Positions 15,098 through 29,200 of a DNA stretch of 64,000 nucleotides are shown in pieces (the stretch's first letter is position 1; each line of letters starts with the position of its first letter). The position numbers were made by a program, and so were the translations under genes. The notes under the pieces were generated by a model. It was not told the DNA's origin and made no database searches. It worked only from the letters and a program-made list of their open reading frames with translations. The stretch is from the human T2T-CHM13v2.0 reference genome, Homo sapiens: NCBI RefSeq assembly GCF_009914755.1, contig NC_060936.1; one strand, written 5' to 3'.

Positions 15098-15469
15098 TGA
15101 TATGGTTTGGCTCTGTGTTCCCACCCAAATCTCATCTCAAATTGTAATCCCCATGTGTTGAGGGAGGTACCTGGTGGGAAATGACTGAATCATGGGAGTG
15201 GTGTCTGCCATGCTGTTCTCGTGATAGTGAGGGAGTTCTCACGAGATCTGATGCTTTAAAAGTGTTTGGCCGTTCCCCTCGCTGTCTCTCTCTCTCTCTC
15301 CTGCCATCATGTGAGACATGCCTTACTTCCCCCTCACCTTCTGCCATGATTGTAAGTTTCCTAAGGCCTCCTCAGCCATGAGGAGCTGGGGGTCAATTAA
15401 AACTTTTTTCTTCATAAATTATCCAGTCTCAGGTAGTTCTTTATAGCAGTGTGAAAACAGACTAGTACA
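15098..15469 (+). mobile_element. THE1D solo LTR (ERVL-MaLR)
   Basis: TGATATGGTTTGGCTCTGTG...CAGACTAGTACA with a perfect 5-bp TSD TCAAT (15093-15097 / 15470-15474). Confidence 0.93.
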
Positions 15470-16860
15470 TCAATTTTTAAAATATGTATTAGGCACAACT
15501 AGTAAATACTATAAACATTGACTAACAAGAGTGATGCAAAAGCTACCCAGCTTTTTGGAAAAAGACCATGTATTTAAATTCTTTGTAAATCATCTGTCCT
15601 AGTCATACAGAAATGGTTAGATTTTCAAAGACATCATGATCACATGTGAGAAGAATACACATTCTCTCACAAAAATGTAAATGAAAGTTTTCCCAGTGTC
15701 TTGATTCAGATCTGATCATCTCTTGCCTCTGTGCCTAAAGTAACCTCCAAACAACAGGCTCCTCCTCTGATATCCATTTCCTCTGTGCCTCCAGTCACCT
15801 TCCTAGATCACATCAGATCAGGCCACTTTGCCACTTACAAACCTCCAATGTCTCCCAGTGACCAACAGAATCAAGTCCAGACCCTGTATCTTGCTATGTA
15901 TCTTTATGATACATGAAGCTATCATAGAAGTCATATTTTCTCAGTAATCCCAATTTAAACATACGTTTCTTATTTTCTATCCTGTAACTTTTTATAATCT
16001 CCCAGAAATGTCAACATCTACCAAGTGGACTCTCATTCCTGCAGCAGCAGCAAAAAATAAAAAAAATGTTTTTGTAAATCTTTTGTTAAACCATGGGTCC
16101 CCTTTATTTTTGGAAAGTATTATCACAGGTTTTTTAGAAAGCCTTTATAATTGATTTCTTTCTCATTTCCTGACAAACATCACGTCTTTCATCTACACAT
16201 ATACCTAATGGTGAAACTACAGCAAGCTTTCATTCTTCCTTGGATAAGCCATGTAGTTTTTGCTTCTATAACTTTATGGATTATGTTCCTTCTCTGTGGA
16301 ATGAGGCTTGCTTTTATCCCATCTGGAACACTTCTACTCATCCTCAAGAGCCCAATTCGAATATTACCTTCCATTTGAGACCTCTCAAAGGCAGAATTCT
16401 TTTCTTCTCCTGCTATACTTCCAGGACATTTGATACCTCCTTGGTAGTATTCATCACATGACATGTTGAGTTTTTACACATTTGTTTTCTGTCCTGGCTT
16501 ATAAGTTCCTTAAGAATTTCCCTCACAGAAAAGGTGGTTGTGATATAATGACAGAGCACTGAACTTGGGGACTTTGGCTCAATTCACAGCTCTGCTATTT
16601 ATGCACAGTTTGAATAACACTTTAAGCTTATAATATGTAGAATGATTGTGTGAGTTAATATATATTAAAGTGGCACACAATTGCACTTGCTCAATATTTA
16701 AGTAATGTAAGGGCAGATAAAGAAAAATGTCCAGTTGTAGAACTATGAACTACTTTCTGAACTTTACACCTAATCAGGTACATATGGTAGATACTCAATA
16801 AACCTTTGTAAATTAATATTAAATAATAATAATGAACAAGGACATAAAGAGATTAAAGAA

Positions 16861-17020
16861 CAGTCAGACAGTGAATAATTTAGGCTTTGCAGGCAATAGG
16901 GTCTCACAGTTACTGAACTTTGCTGTTGTAGTGCAGAAGCATCAGGGTGTGGCTCTGTTCACATAAAACTTTATTTATAAAAGTAGACTTGGCTCATGGC
17001 CCATGGCTTGCTGACTTCTG
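16861..17020 (+). mobile_element. MER58A-type hAT DNA transposon
   Basis: cagacagtgaataatttaggctttgcaggc...ataaaactttatttataaaa...tgctgacttctg. Confidence 0.75.
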
Positions 17021-18235
17021 GCAATATGTGTTGCAAATCTTTTTACCCAGTCTCCATCTGCTTGGATTGTCTATTGAGATTATTTGTAGTTATTTTGTTA
17101 TGTGAAAGCCTTTCTTTTTGATGTAGTTATCAAGATTTTTCTCTTGCTTTATGTTTTTCTTTCTTTAAAAAATACATATTATGTCATCCACATAACTTAA
17201 TGAATGTCTCTTATTTTTTTAAAATAAATTTTAAAGTTTGCTTTTCACATTTAAAACTTTGATACTTATAGAAACAATTGCTGTGTCTGTGAGGAACAGA
17301 TACAATTTATTTATTTATTTAGTTAGTTAGTTAGTTAGTTAGTTATTTTTTTGGAAAGGCAATTGTTCCAACATTTTAAAAGACTAGTCCATCTTTTCTC
17401 AATTGATTTGTAGTACCACCACTCTTCTGTAGCAAGAATATATCAGTTTCTGTGTTCTCTATTTAGTTCCATTGGTATATTTGTCTATTACTGCATCAAT
17501 TCCACATTGTCTAGTAACACCAATCTACCCTTTTTAATTTTTCTGTTATTTTCAGATGTATTTTAGAACCAATTTATTTCTGTGCTAGGGGAAAAAATCT
17601 GGTAAAATTCTGATTGAAATGGCTTTGACTTTATATATTAATTGTGGAGAATTTATATCTACATAAAATTAGGAAGTCCCATCTATAAGACTGTTATATT
17701 ATCTCCATTTGTTCCATTTTATGGTCTTTATTAATGTTTCTAATTTTCTTCATTTAAATCTTGAACATTTTTGTTACATTTACTTTTAGATACCCCATTG
17801 GTCTATTATGAATGGTGTCTTTTTCTAATGTTTATGGCTAGTGTTGAGGAACTTATTGAGTTAGATCTTATAGCCTTTCCCCTTTCTGAGCCCTCTTACT
17901 AATTTGAACAGTTTTTAGATTTTTCAATAGAGATAAGTATCTTATACGCCAACAAAATTAATTTGATCTTTTTTTCTATTACTTGCTTTCTTCTTGTCTT
18001 CCTCTTACTCCTCTCCCGCTCCCTCTCCCACTTTCTTTCTTTTTAGTCTTATGTACTTCTAAGGACTCTGGTATAATGCTAAACAAGTTAATGAGAAATA
18101 GTTTTGCTGCAGAGATGCTTCTAAAATGTTATCATTAGAAATAATGTTTGCTGTGGGTTTCCCGTAAACAGCCTTTATCAGAATAAGGAAGTCCCCTTTT
18201 ATTCCTGTGTGCTAAGACAGTTTCCATCATAAATA
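17021..18235 (-). mobile_element. Old L1M ORF2 fragment (antisense), containing a (TTTA)n(TTAG)n repeat at about 17306-17345
   Basis: Antisense L1 phrases: ttgcaaatctttttacccagtct, gttctctatttagttccattggtatatttgtctatt, atgtttgctgtgggttt. Confidence 0.7.
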
Positions 18236-18318
18236 CATTCTACCCCCAAACTCTTGCACTTTCGATCTATATTCTCTGTTAAATGGTATCTCAGATACCT
18301 CAGTTGTTCATGACGTAG

Positions 18319-18692
<374 letters not shown>

Positions 18693-20229
18693 CCAGTATA
18701 TATCTTGAATCAATACACACAGGTTTTGTTTTTCATCTCTCTGACCCTAATCCAAGACATCATTATAACATACTATATTATTTCCTCATCTCCTAACTGG
18801 CCTCTCTCCAGCTGCTTTTTTCTCCATCTGGTCCTTCTGCTTACAGTAGCCAAACACAACTTTTTAAGTGTAAATAGGATCATGTCACCCTTTTGTTAAA
18901 AAAAAAAATCATGATTTCTCATCGCACTTAGAATAAAATCCAAATATGTTAACATCCTTCAGGGTCTTGCATCATCAATTTCCTCTCCAACTCATTGTTT
19001 CATCCCCAACCAAACCTGGGTTCCCACCACACTGGTCTTTTTGGTTCCTCAAAGCACCCACACTCTTTCCTGCTTTAGGATCTTTCCCTAGAATACCTTC
19101 TCCCTATAATGCACCAGGCTGTTTCTAATTTATCCTTCAAATCTCAAGCTAAACACCACTTCCTCAGAGCTGTCTTCCCCACCTCTTGTTTAGGTCTTCC
19201 TGTAATTTTTCTTGAAAGTATTTATTGCTATTTAAAATTCCAAAGGAATTTGTTGGATTGTTTGGGTTTATCTCCTCCTCTATGAGGGCAAGTTTCAATT
19301 TTCAACTACACTAAGAACCAATTATATTTTTGAATAAAAAAAATTAGATGCTGAAGAGTGACCCATAATTCAAAGCCAACATTGTGAATCCATTTTTGTT
19401 TGTTTGTTTTTTGCATTTCTTGGTTTAAATAATTCTCTTTCTTACCATTGGAATATGCCATAAAAATCTTTCTTAAAGCTGAGAAGAAATTTCTTGGGGG
19501 AAATTGCGGACCTAAATAGCCTAGTTACACCTAAATAGTCTAATTACCTAATGACTTTACTAAGAGACACTTCTCAGAGAGGTCATCCATTAAATCATCT
19601 CTCTTTATGAAACAGGTTCAACAATAATAATGTTTTTGAAGTCAATTAGCGCAGTTAGATATGAACAGAATGCAAATTGTTTATATTTTAAATGCATTAG
19701 GGTTAAGCAGTTAAATAAGTCACATAGCAAATCCCAAATGTAGCCTTAGACGATGTCTGGAATTTTCATTGTAGTTAGTTGTGTTCCTTATGTTAGTTCT
19801 CTACTAGATAGAATCAGGAGAGAGGAAGGATGAGCATTTGACTCTCCTAAACTTTAAGCTATGCTGCAGAGATTATAATACCTAATGGTGTTGTGAGAAT
19901 AATTAAAATAATATTGGAACTACCAGGATAATGGTACACAGGAGGCATTTAATAAATAGCAGCTACTATTGTTATTTGTCATCATACTATCATTAGGATC
20001 ATACTTCTCAAAACCATATGTGAATAGTGTTACTATAGAGCTAACAATCAAAGAGCAATGAATGACGTTACTGAGATTATCATTTTTATGCAACTGCAAA
20101 AACCTTAAAACTTCAGTAACTCTCTCCATTGCCAGTTGGTTAAAGTACAAGTTCTCTAGCAGGGTTTTCAGAATCCGTTACAATGGTCAAAGAAAATGAA
20201 GACAGAAGAGGAAAAGCAAAAGGTCAATA

Positions 20230-20985
20230 AACATCAAATTAATATTTGGCATCACTTAACTCAAAGAAATAAAAATTACAACAATGGCATGTTATGTTTT
20301 ACTATGTAATTAGCAAAGCTATTTTTGTGCTAATATATACTGTGGGTGACAAAACAATGAAAGAGGGACTGTCATGTTATCTCTTGCAGAAGTAGAAATC
20401 ATTAAAACTATTCAGAAAAAAATTAATAATCTATATCAGGAACTTTAAAGTTATTCTTACTTTTTACCCAATGTTTCAACTTCTAACAATAACAATTGGT
20501 AATATTTGGGTCAAGTACTTTACTGAGCACATGACGTACATTATCTGATACATACAACCCAGGAAATAATCCAAACACTGGAAAAATACTTAGGCAGACA
20601 ATGGCCATGATAGCATTGTTTGCAATGTCAAATACTTGAAAACAATATAAAAATTCATCAACTAAAAATGGTTGCATTTATTGACAGATTATGATGCAAA
20701 CATCATCATGATTATGAAGAAGAGATAATAGAATCATGTACTAGTTACAATTTTTTTAAGAAAAGCAATAGGCAGAATTGTACCTATGATTTAATTTCAA
20801 TTATACCAAGAAAAAAGACAGTGTACAGGAAAGGCTGGAAAGAAATACACTGACATATTAGCAATGATTTCCACTACATTATGGGATTATTGATTATTTT
20901 TAAATGTTTTCCTTTATATTTTTCTAAAATTTCAATGTTTTACAGTAAGTATGTATTATTACTTTTACAAATAGAAAAAAAAAAA
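20230..20985 (+). mobile_element. Ancient L1ME 3' end fragment
   Basis: ggctggaaagaaatacactgacatattagcaatg...gtatgtattattacttttacaaatagaaaaaa resembles the L1ME 3' terminus. Confidence 0.6.
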
Positions 20986-21407
20986 TTGTAAAACTCCCTA
21001 ACCAAACTGAATACATCCCTCAACAGCAGTCCTTCACCATTCATCCTAGACTCTTTTTTCAGATTCATCTCATGCCAAGCCTCTACGCCAATCCATCCTG
21101 AATTAGATGCTGTGCTCTTATATGCCGCTGTGCATTTGTAAGTATAAAATTTCTTTTGTGACGTTCCTTTTGTCCCATTCTCTCCATGACTCATCCTTTG
21201 AATTCCAGCTTGAATATCTCCTTCTCAAAGAAACCTTCCTTAAAGACAAGGAGGCTAGGCTCTTCCTCTGAGAGCTCATTGCTCCTTGAATACACCTCCA
21301 GAATAACACTCTTCGCTCCATCCTATGCTATAATTTGTTAAATTATCCACCTCACAATAGTCTACAATCTTCTTATGACTCTAGCATGCAGCACAGCACT
21401 AGACATG

Positions 21408-21624
21408 ACAGATGATAGATAGATAGATAGATGATAGATCGATGATAGAAAGATAGAGAGTTGATAGATAATAGAAAGATTAGATAGATAGATAGATAGT
21501 TAGATGATAGATAGTAGATAGAAGATAGACAGATCGATGATAGAGAGATAGACAGATGATAGATAGGTAATAGACAGAAAGATATAAATAGATAGATAAA
21601 TAGATAGATAGGTAGATAATAGAT
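21408..21624 (+). repeat. Compound (GATA)n/(GACA) microsatellite
   Basis: Long imperfect gatagatagat array. It explains spurious ORF 21373-21663. Confidence 0.95.
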
Positions 21625-22491
21625 GAAAGGACATATGGACAATAACATTATATTAAATAGCACAAAGCCACTCTACAGTGCAGATGCTGGGTGAAATAAA
21701 AGTCAAGGGGGGTCTTTGAAATAAGAATGAGGGCTATACAAAGTATCTAACACTCCTTCATTAAATAATATCAATACCAAGTTTGGCACACTAAAAAGAA
21801 CACAAATTTCTCCCATTAAAAATATAGGATTAAAAAATCATGGAAACAGAACATAACCACCAAGTTTTTTGAACTAGTGAGTTTGAGTTGAAAGTCCAAT
21901 TTCTCATGTTGGCTCTTTGGGTAGGACACAGCATTGCACTAAGTTTTGTTTTGAGTTTTAAAACTGTTTAAGGGGTTTCAAGCAGAGGCTGATCTTGAAA
22001 TGACTTCTGACCAGAGAACTGCGAGATAAAAAATTTCTTTGAGTGTGATGCAGACAGCAATACTTTTCATAGTGTCCAAATATTATTTTTCATCAAACCT
22101 GTAGAAAAGTTTTCAACCTGCCCTAATTTTTACCAATGAATCTAATAGACCTGGATTAAACTGCAGGGAAGATGAGAACATAAATTTCATTCCTTTCATT
22201 CCTTGTAATATTAGGGTTTGTATCCTTTCCAGTTGTAATAACCTCTAGACTTCAACAAAATTGAAAACCTTTAAATAGCCTTTCACAACCTTTCAGTGGA
22301 GTAATGAAGTTTTAAGTGCTCACTGGGGATTTTTCAGTTCAGAAAAATCTAAGCAGCAGTAGATATTAAAATCTAATGTTTACTTCAACTCTTTTATAGC
22401 CTAATGGGTTTTTCTGACGGTGTAATTTTTAAAAGGTTGGGTTTCATTTATTAATATAGTGTAGTCATGCAGGAAACCTTTCTTCTTTAAG

Positions 22492-22600
22492 GACTCTGAT
22501 GGGAGTCTTATGGTTAAACCTTGGTTGAAAGCCAGAGGGATCAGCAGGAACAGGAAAACAGAAACCTGCAGTAGGGCTCACAGAGGCTGAAGCCAGGCAG
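22492..22600 (+). pseudogene. Decayed exon of an axonemal dynein heavy chain (DNAH3/7/12-like), AAA1 Walker A/P-loop exon
   Basis: Acceptor ctttcttctttaag|G, donor CAG|gttgtt. From 22493 it reads TLMGVLWLNLG*KPEGSAGTGK, versus the family motif (R)[22 protein letters not shown]. TGA at 22526-22528 replaces Gly. A 1-nt loss after GGA AAA hides (T)ETC, and a 1-nt gain restores LTEAEARQ (family LAKA[LV]AKQ). Confidence 0.92.
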
Positions 22601-23540
22601 GTTGTTTAGGTTTAGAAAATGGAGAAAAGTCCTCTTTTTATTACTTACGCACTACAGGAGGTGAAAAGACAAACACAGGATGTGAAGCCCCTGTGTGCAC
22701 GTAATTATGAGTATGTGAGTCACTGGGGTCCACACAGTTGCCCACCAACCAGAAGGTCTGTCGAGGAAATCCAGCCGTTTGCTTGGCTGATGGGACTGAT
22801 ACTATTCTCCTGGAGCTGCTCTACCAGGGGCCAGAGGACAGGTATTTGGAAACCAAGGAGAAATTGCAGGGTGAACAACAGGCAAGCCCACACTTATGCA
22901 GAGATAGGATGTGATTTGGAAAAATTCCATTTTACACATTGTGTTGCTGAAACCAATATGCAGGGAAAACCTGAGTGAGCTCCAACCAAGTGGTTAAAAA
23001 AAAAATGCCACTTCTCATATACATACAATGTAGTTAATGGAGATTTGCAAGATAAGTACACTAGAGTGGAAAGGGGCAGGATTTATTTCCTTTGACTATG
23101 ATGTAGTGAAGCTACTCTCAGGTATATATATATTATTGAGCATGTTATTTTAAATTATAAAATAAAAGTGCCACTTGAGAGTGTAATTGAAAATCATATT
23201 GTAAAGTAAAGGAGCTTGATGGTCATAAAGGATGGATAGTTCAGCATGTTTCTCGTCTTTACATTTCACAAATAGATGGTTTTGTTCTCATGTGTAATTC
23301 CAAAATTGGAATTTTGCCCTAATAGATAAGGCAATTTCAGAAAATGTAGACCACGTACTAAATTATCCCTTTAACAATTTTATAATAGCATCAGGATTCA
23401 TTATTATTACTTGAGAGATGTTCATAATTTTTTAGAGAACGTAAAAACTTCAGATAAGTAAAACCAAAGCCAAAATCTTCTACAACCCCAATAGTCATTA
23501 AAAAATCTCAGTTTTTTGGATCTGACCTCTCAGTAGATTT

Positions 23541-23849
23541 TTTTTTTCTTGTTTTTCCTTTTTTTTTTTTTGAGACAGGGTCCTGCTCCATCACTCAGGC
23601 TGGAATGCAATGGTGTGATCCAGACTAACCGCAACCGCCACCCTGCAGGCTCAAGCATCCTCTCACCTCAGCCTCCCAAATAGTGGGAGCACAGGTGCAT
23701 GCCACCACAGCCAGCTAATTTTGGTATTTTTTATAGAGAAGGAGTTTCACCATGTTGCCCAAGCTGCTCTCAAACTCCTGAGATAAGGAGATCCACCCAC
23801 CTTGGCCTCCCAAGTGTTAGGATTGCAGACATGAGCCAGCATGCCGGCC
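23541..23849 (-). mobile_element. AluJ
   Basis: Diverged reverse Alu (gagacagggtc, ggctcaagcatcctc, ttgcccaagctgctctcaaactcctg). TSD-like gtagattt on both sides. Confidence 0.9.
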
Positions 23850-24974
23850 TGGTAGATTTCATTTAACATTACAACATGAAGATTTTTAAATATATTCTCT
23901 TCTATAACATAATGATTCCATAATATTGCTTTATTTTGCTGCAAAATTTTGATAAGGGTCCAAATAAAAGTCATTATAAAATATTTTTCATTCTGTTTGC
24001 AAAGCACCTATTCGAATGATTAACTGTAATCCTGATTTTGTCCAGTTTCTTCAGTTGGTCATTCAACAAATGTATTGCATGCCCACTATGGGCCATGCAC
24101 TGGGGATATGAAACAAAATTGCATCCTTCCTTACCCAAGGAAGTTACAGTCTAGTGGTAAGAATACAGATCCAACAATTATAAAATGATCACTATTTGCT
24201 ACAGTGGAGGTATATACAATTACAATAGGAACACAGAACAGGAAACACCTAGATCTTTACGAAAGACTCAGGAAAGTTTCCATCTATCTAAAATAACAAT
24301 ATTTCTATGTCACATTTATATCAGGAAAATTTCTAACTTGTTTCTATAGCATAAAGTACAAAACTCTCAGTTTGGCTTCATGGGTGTATAAAATCAACTT
24401 AATCCTGTTTCTAACTTTTATACAGAAACCCTTCACTCCAGCTAACTCATCTCCCATCTCTGACTCTATTATTGATCATGTTCTTTCCCACTCCCTTCTG
24501 ATTCTCCAATCGTAACTTTTCATCAGGACCCATCTTTTTCATCCAGACCCCCTTGACATACCAGCCAATCTTGATCTTCCTCTCTCCCAGCTTCTAAGGC
24601 CATAATGACCATAATGCTTCCCATTTTGCTTAACTATTCTGTGTGTATATCCTAAACCCCTAAGTAGATTGTTGGAACCTGGAGAAATGATTTTTTTATA
24701 TCTCCAGTACATAGCATAACATTACATATGTCATATAATCTAGACATATTATATTTATTAACTTCTTTTACTGGAAGAGTGAATAAGTAATTATAGGAAC
24801 TATTTAACTATGCTTTACATAGCTCTTCATTATTCATTTAGCATTCTGTAACTGATTCATGGTGCATAACACTTGATAATGTTTGCATAATTATTATATA
24901 TCTACTAATCAGTTATATACCCATCTACTAAGAGAGACTCAGGGAGACTCACTGGCAAGGAACATGCCTTGAAT

Positions 24975-25690
24975 TCATTTAACATTTAAGAAATATAAAA
25001 TGAGTGCCTTCTGTGGAGTGTCAGGCATTGCACTAAGCATTGAGTAGTCTCTGTTGGATAGGACTGCCGTGGTGTCTGACCTCCTTGGGCATACACACTG
25101 TGATGTAATAGATACTCTTTCTAAGAAACATGTTATGCTAAAGCAATACACCATGACAAACAGAATCTAACGGAGCCTAGACAATCAGGAAAGGTTTCCC
25201 AGAGGCAGTGACCTTTAAAATAAGTCCTAAGGGCTAATAGGAGTCAGCAAAGTAAAGGGAAAATGGCAGGTGGCAGAGGGAACAGCAAGCACAAAGACTT
25301 GTGGGCACGATGAGCATATCATAATTGAGGACCCAGGAAAAGTTTAATATGCCTGGAACATAAAATTAGGAGAATGAAAGATGAATCTGGGAAGATGAAT
25401 TAAACAGGTAAGTGTCAGATCATGTTAAAGACTTTGGACTTGACCCAAAGGCTACTTAGTGAAGAGCCTTTTGAGAGGCTTAAAGCAAGTGGATCTGTAT
25501 TTAGAATGTTTGCTTAAGCGAAGTGGAGAACAGAATAGAAGAGAGGAAGACAAGAGTCAAGCAGATTAGTTAGGAGGCTTTTGCTATAGTCCAGGAGGAA
25601 GATGATGATGGTCTAAAGTGGATTACTGTGGATGAAATTGAAGTGGAAATTAAAGAACATTTTAGGAGAAAGAATGGAGAGAACATGGTG
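24975..25690. mobile_element. L2 LINE fragment
   Basis: L2-like phrases: ggcagagggaacagcaagcacaaagac, gttaaagactttggacttga, gttaggaggcttttgctatagtccagg. Confidence 0.7.
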
Positions 25691-25873
25691 TCAGGACACA
25701 AACACCACATAGGCAGTAACTGGACTTGGAAAACACAAGGGTTCTGGAACCAGGCAGACTTGCTTCAAGTTTTTACTCTTGCTTGCTGGTCAGTTTGGCA
25801 AAGTTATTTACTCCTTTCTAGGCCAGTTTCCTTATCTATAAAATGGTGATTTTTGCTGGATCTCAGAAGCTGG

Positions 25874-26248
25874 TACTATGGTCTGAATGTTTGTGTTTTA
25901 GTTCCAAAATTCATATGTTGAAATCATAACCCTGAAGGTAATGGCACTAGGAGGTGAGGGTCTTTGAGAAATGATTAGGTTATAAGGGGGTAGACTTCAT
26001 GAATGGGATTAGATCCTTATAAAGAGGCCCCAGAGATATCCCTCTCTCCTTCTGCCACATGAGGTTATAGAAAAAAGAAATGGCTGCCTATGAACCAAGA
26101 AGTGGGCACTCACCAGACACTGAATCTGCCAGCACCTTGAGCTTGGTCTTCCTAGTCTTCAGAACTATAAGAAATTAAAAAATTTCTGCTGTTTATAAGC
26201 CATCTGTCTATTAGAGTTTGTTGACAGACAGCCTGACAGACTAACACA
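25874..26248 (+). mobile_element. MLT1A-type MaLR solo LTR inserted in a MIR
   Basis: tactatggtctgaatgtttgtg...gactaacaca with a 5-bp TSD GCTGG (25869-25873 / 26249-26253). Confidence 0.88.
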
Positions 26249-29200
26249 GCTGGGGAAAGGGTACACTTTAATAAGTGAATGTAGGCAAATCTACTTCACA
26301 CAGTGTTTAGTACATAGAAGATGCTCAGAAATTATTAGTCCTTTTCCTTTCTTCTCTCCTTCATGTGTGAGCAAACTTTATCATCAGGACTGGTACCAAT
26401 TCTCCAGAGAAATCATACTTTGTTATGACCTTTTATTGGAAGTCTTTCGGGAAACTCTTTAGCTCTATTCCACACAATATATACCAGCATAATGGCAGGG
26501 CCTTATGCAGATCAAGTGCTATTGACAGATACATTGACATTAGGTGGGAGAGGAGAGTGGAAGAAACTGAAGCAAAGACAGGGGGATACGGAAAAATAGA
26601 GAAATAAAAGAAAAATCCATAAGCATAGAGGATGCGTAAAATTTATCACTGAGATGCTTCCTTCAATTTGATCATAAATTTATACAAGAAGAGGATTTTC
26701 TTTGGGGAAGACTGAAATTTACAAGGGAACAAGTTTCTAGCAACTTGCAAGAAAAAAATAAAAGGTTCTCTAGTAGAACTGTTTTATGGCCTAACCTAGA
26801 TAGAGCATATGTTTACATTTGAAGGATTATTTCCAGAACTTATTTATCACTCCAATGAAATGTGAATCCCACATAAATTTTTTAGTTTTAAGTTTCGGAT
26901 GACTAATTTAAACCATGTGGCAAAATGGCAGCGTAGTGAAATTTACCATAGTGACCACATTGATCTTTGATTCCAGTGATTAACTGTGACTTTTGTTTGG
27001 TGAACTTCATTGGACTTTTTGTCACCCATTTCTTGCTCTCTGTCATGTGTTTTGAGCTTTCCTAGCTATATTGGATTCATGTTTTTCCAGCATTCCTTTT
27101 GAGGATATCTAGAAATCTAGCTTTCCATAAAAATGCAACATGGCCCATAAGGTTCAAGTACGTTCATGATTTGGAATCAGAGTGCTCCATCCACTCTAGA
27201 CTTGGTAGACACATGACCCATGCTGGTTCAAGCAGAATCTTTTTCAAGAGCTTTCCCAGAGCCGTAAGAAAAGAGGCTTTCATTTCTATGACATTATGAG
27301 ATGAAATAACAAGTCAACCACAAGAAGAGTTTTCTGACCAAGGAAAGCAGAGTAGAGAAATAGAGAAGATAAGGCAAAGTCCTATTTATATTCTTTGAGC
27401 ACCCGATCCAGGCATTCCTGAATCCACCAAGCCCTCCAACGGTTGGGTTATATGAACCAATATGGTTGATTTTCTTTTGCTTAAGCATCTTTGCACAGGC
27501 TTTCAATCATAACCAAAAGCAACCTGACACTATGACACGATTTTTGTATTCTATAATACCGAAATGCTTGTGCATTGATAAAATATTTTTCCAGAGGTAT
27601 TTAGAAATGTCTTATTGGAATTCTATCTAGATCAGCCCTATGGTCATGTTTATATCATATCTTTTTCAGAAGTGTCAATTTGACAGAACTTTAAATATTG
27701 GAGCTTTTACTCAATATAAGCTATAGCCATTTACAAGGAAAAGGAAAATACTTGGTCCATTATAGCTTCAAAATGTTGAGGAAACAGTGTGGTTTATTAT
27801 AAAGAATACACACTAGAAGCTAGTCCTGGAGTAATATCACACATCAACCACCTAAGAGTTACACAAATTTTCACCAGTTACTAGCCAGACTGCACCTCAG
27901 ACTTTGCATCAATAAATCAGGAGTGATAATGCTTCTCGCTTATGTGAAGATTAAACGGAATCATATTTATAAAATTCTATCTCATTAAGGGTAAATAATC
28001 TAGTTTTTTTCCACTTTTCTATCCCTAGGCTCTACAACAGTGCCTGGAACATATTAGCTGTTTATTAACTATTTGTGTCAAACAGAAATGTCTAGTACAA
28101 AATGAGTGTACAATACAGAGTAAGTAGTATGGTGGTGGTGATGATGATGATGATGCCATACACATGGCTGGTGAGCTTTTGTCACCTGTGGGAAACAAAG
28201 CTCATAGGAAAATGGTTTCAGCTATTCCGCTATCCAAAGTAGACTCCTGACATCACGGAGATAGACAAATACATGGCTTACTAGGATATTTCTTTATAAC
28301 CCCAGCACATGAATAAAAGCCGTAATTTATTCATTAATATTATTGAGCAATAGTGAGCATGTGCTGAGTATAATGCTAGATGCTAGGAACACCATGAGGA
28401 TCAGCAATTATAACTAACATGAATAGTAATAGCTAAGATTTCTGGAGCATTTTCTTTCTGCCAGGTATTTCTTAGAGCACTTTGTTTTTTAGCTCCTTCA
28501 TTCTCAGAAAAGTTCCATGTGGCTGGTAAAACTATTGTCATCATAATTTTACAAAGGAGGAGACTGAAGCATAGAGCATTGAGAGAACTTGTCCAAGGAC
28601 AGCAGCTGAGTGGAGCCAGATTCTTTAACCCAGCTGGTCCGGCTCCAAGACCCACAGTCTGCGACGTATTACAATATTCTCAAAGAACCACGAGAATATG
28701 AGAACCAGGTTTTAGAAGATGTGGTTTAATAGTAGATACAAGGGTGCTACTATGTGTAGAATGGTATTTTCTTTGTCCTAATGAATGAACAAGACATGGA
28801 AAAGTATCCCAGAACTCAAAATTAGATTTTCTCAGCTTAATGTCAGGGCCAGACCTAAAAACAATGTGAAGCTGTTTTCAAGATCACCTCTTCCTCTCCT
28901 AAGGCCCCAGGACCTGAATGTTTTTCAGCCCAAGCAAGGCCTTTCCAACCATCTCTGGCCTCTTTGGACTTAAAGGTCTTAGAATCTTCCTTCCTTCCTC
29001 CCTTTATCCTTATTCCCATCACAAGTTTTTTAATTAATGAATACTATTCCTTGAATAGTTTTTATCTAAACAACTAATTCACACAGGTGTGGAGGATTAT
29101 TCATGGCACCATGGTCTTTCATCAAAGGGATGAATCTCATTTCTTCCCACCTAAACTATTAATCAGCTCAACAATAACCCACAACACTCAGACCAACTAC

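Noticed and set aside
22619-22978. 119-aa ORF containing NYEYV, reminiscent of dynein YEYLG
   Set aside because: It lies downstream of the P-loop exon, whereas YEYLG must precede it, and the rest shows no similarity
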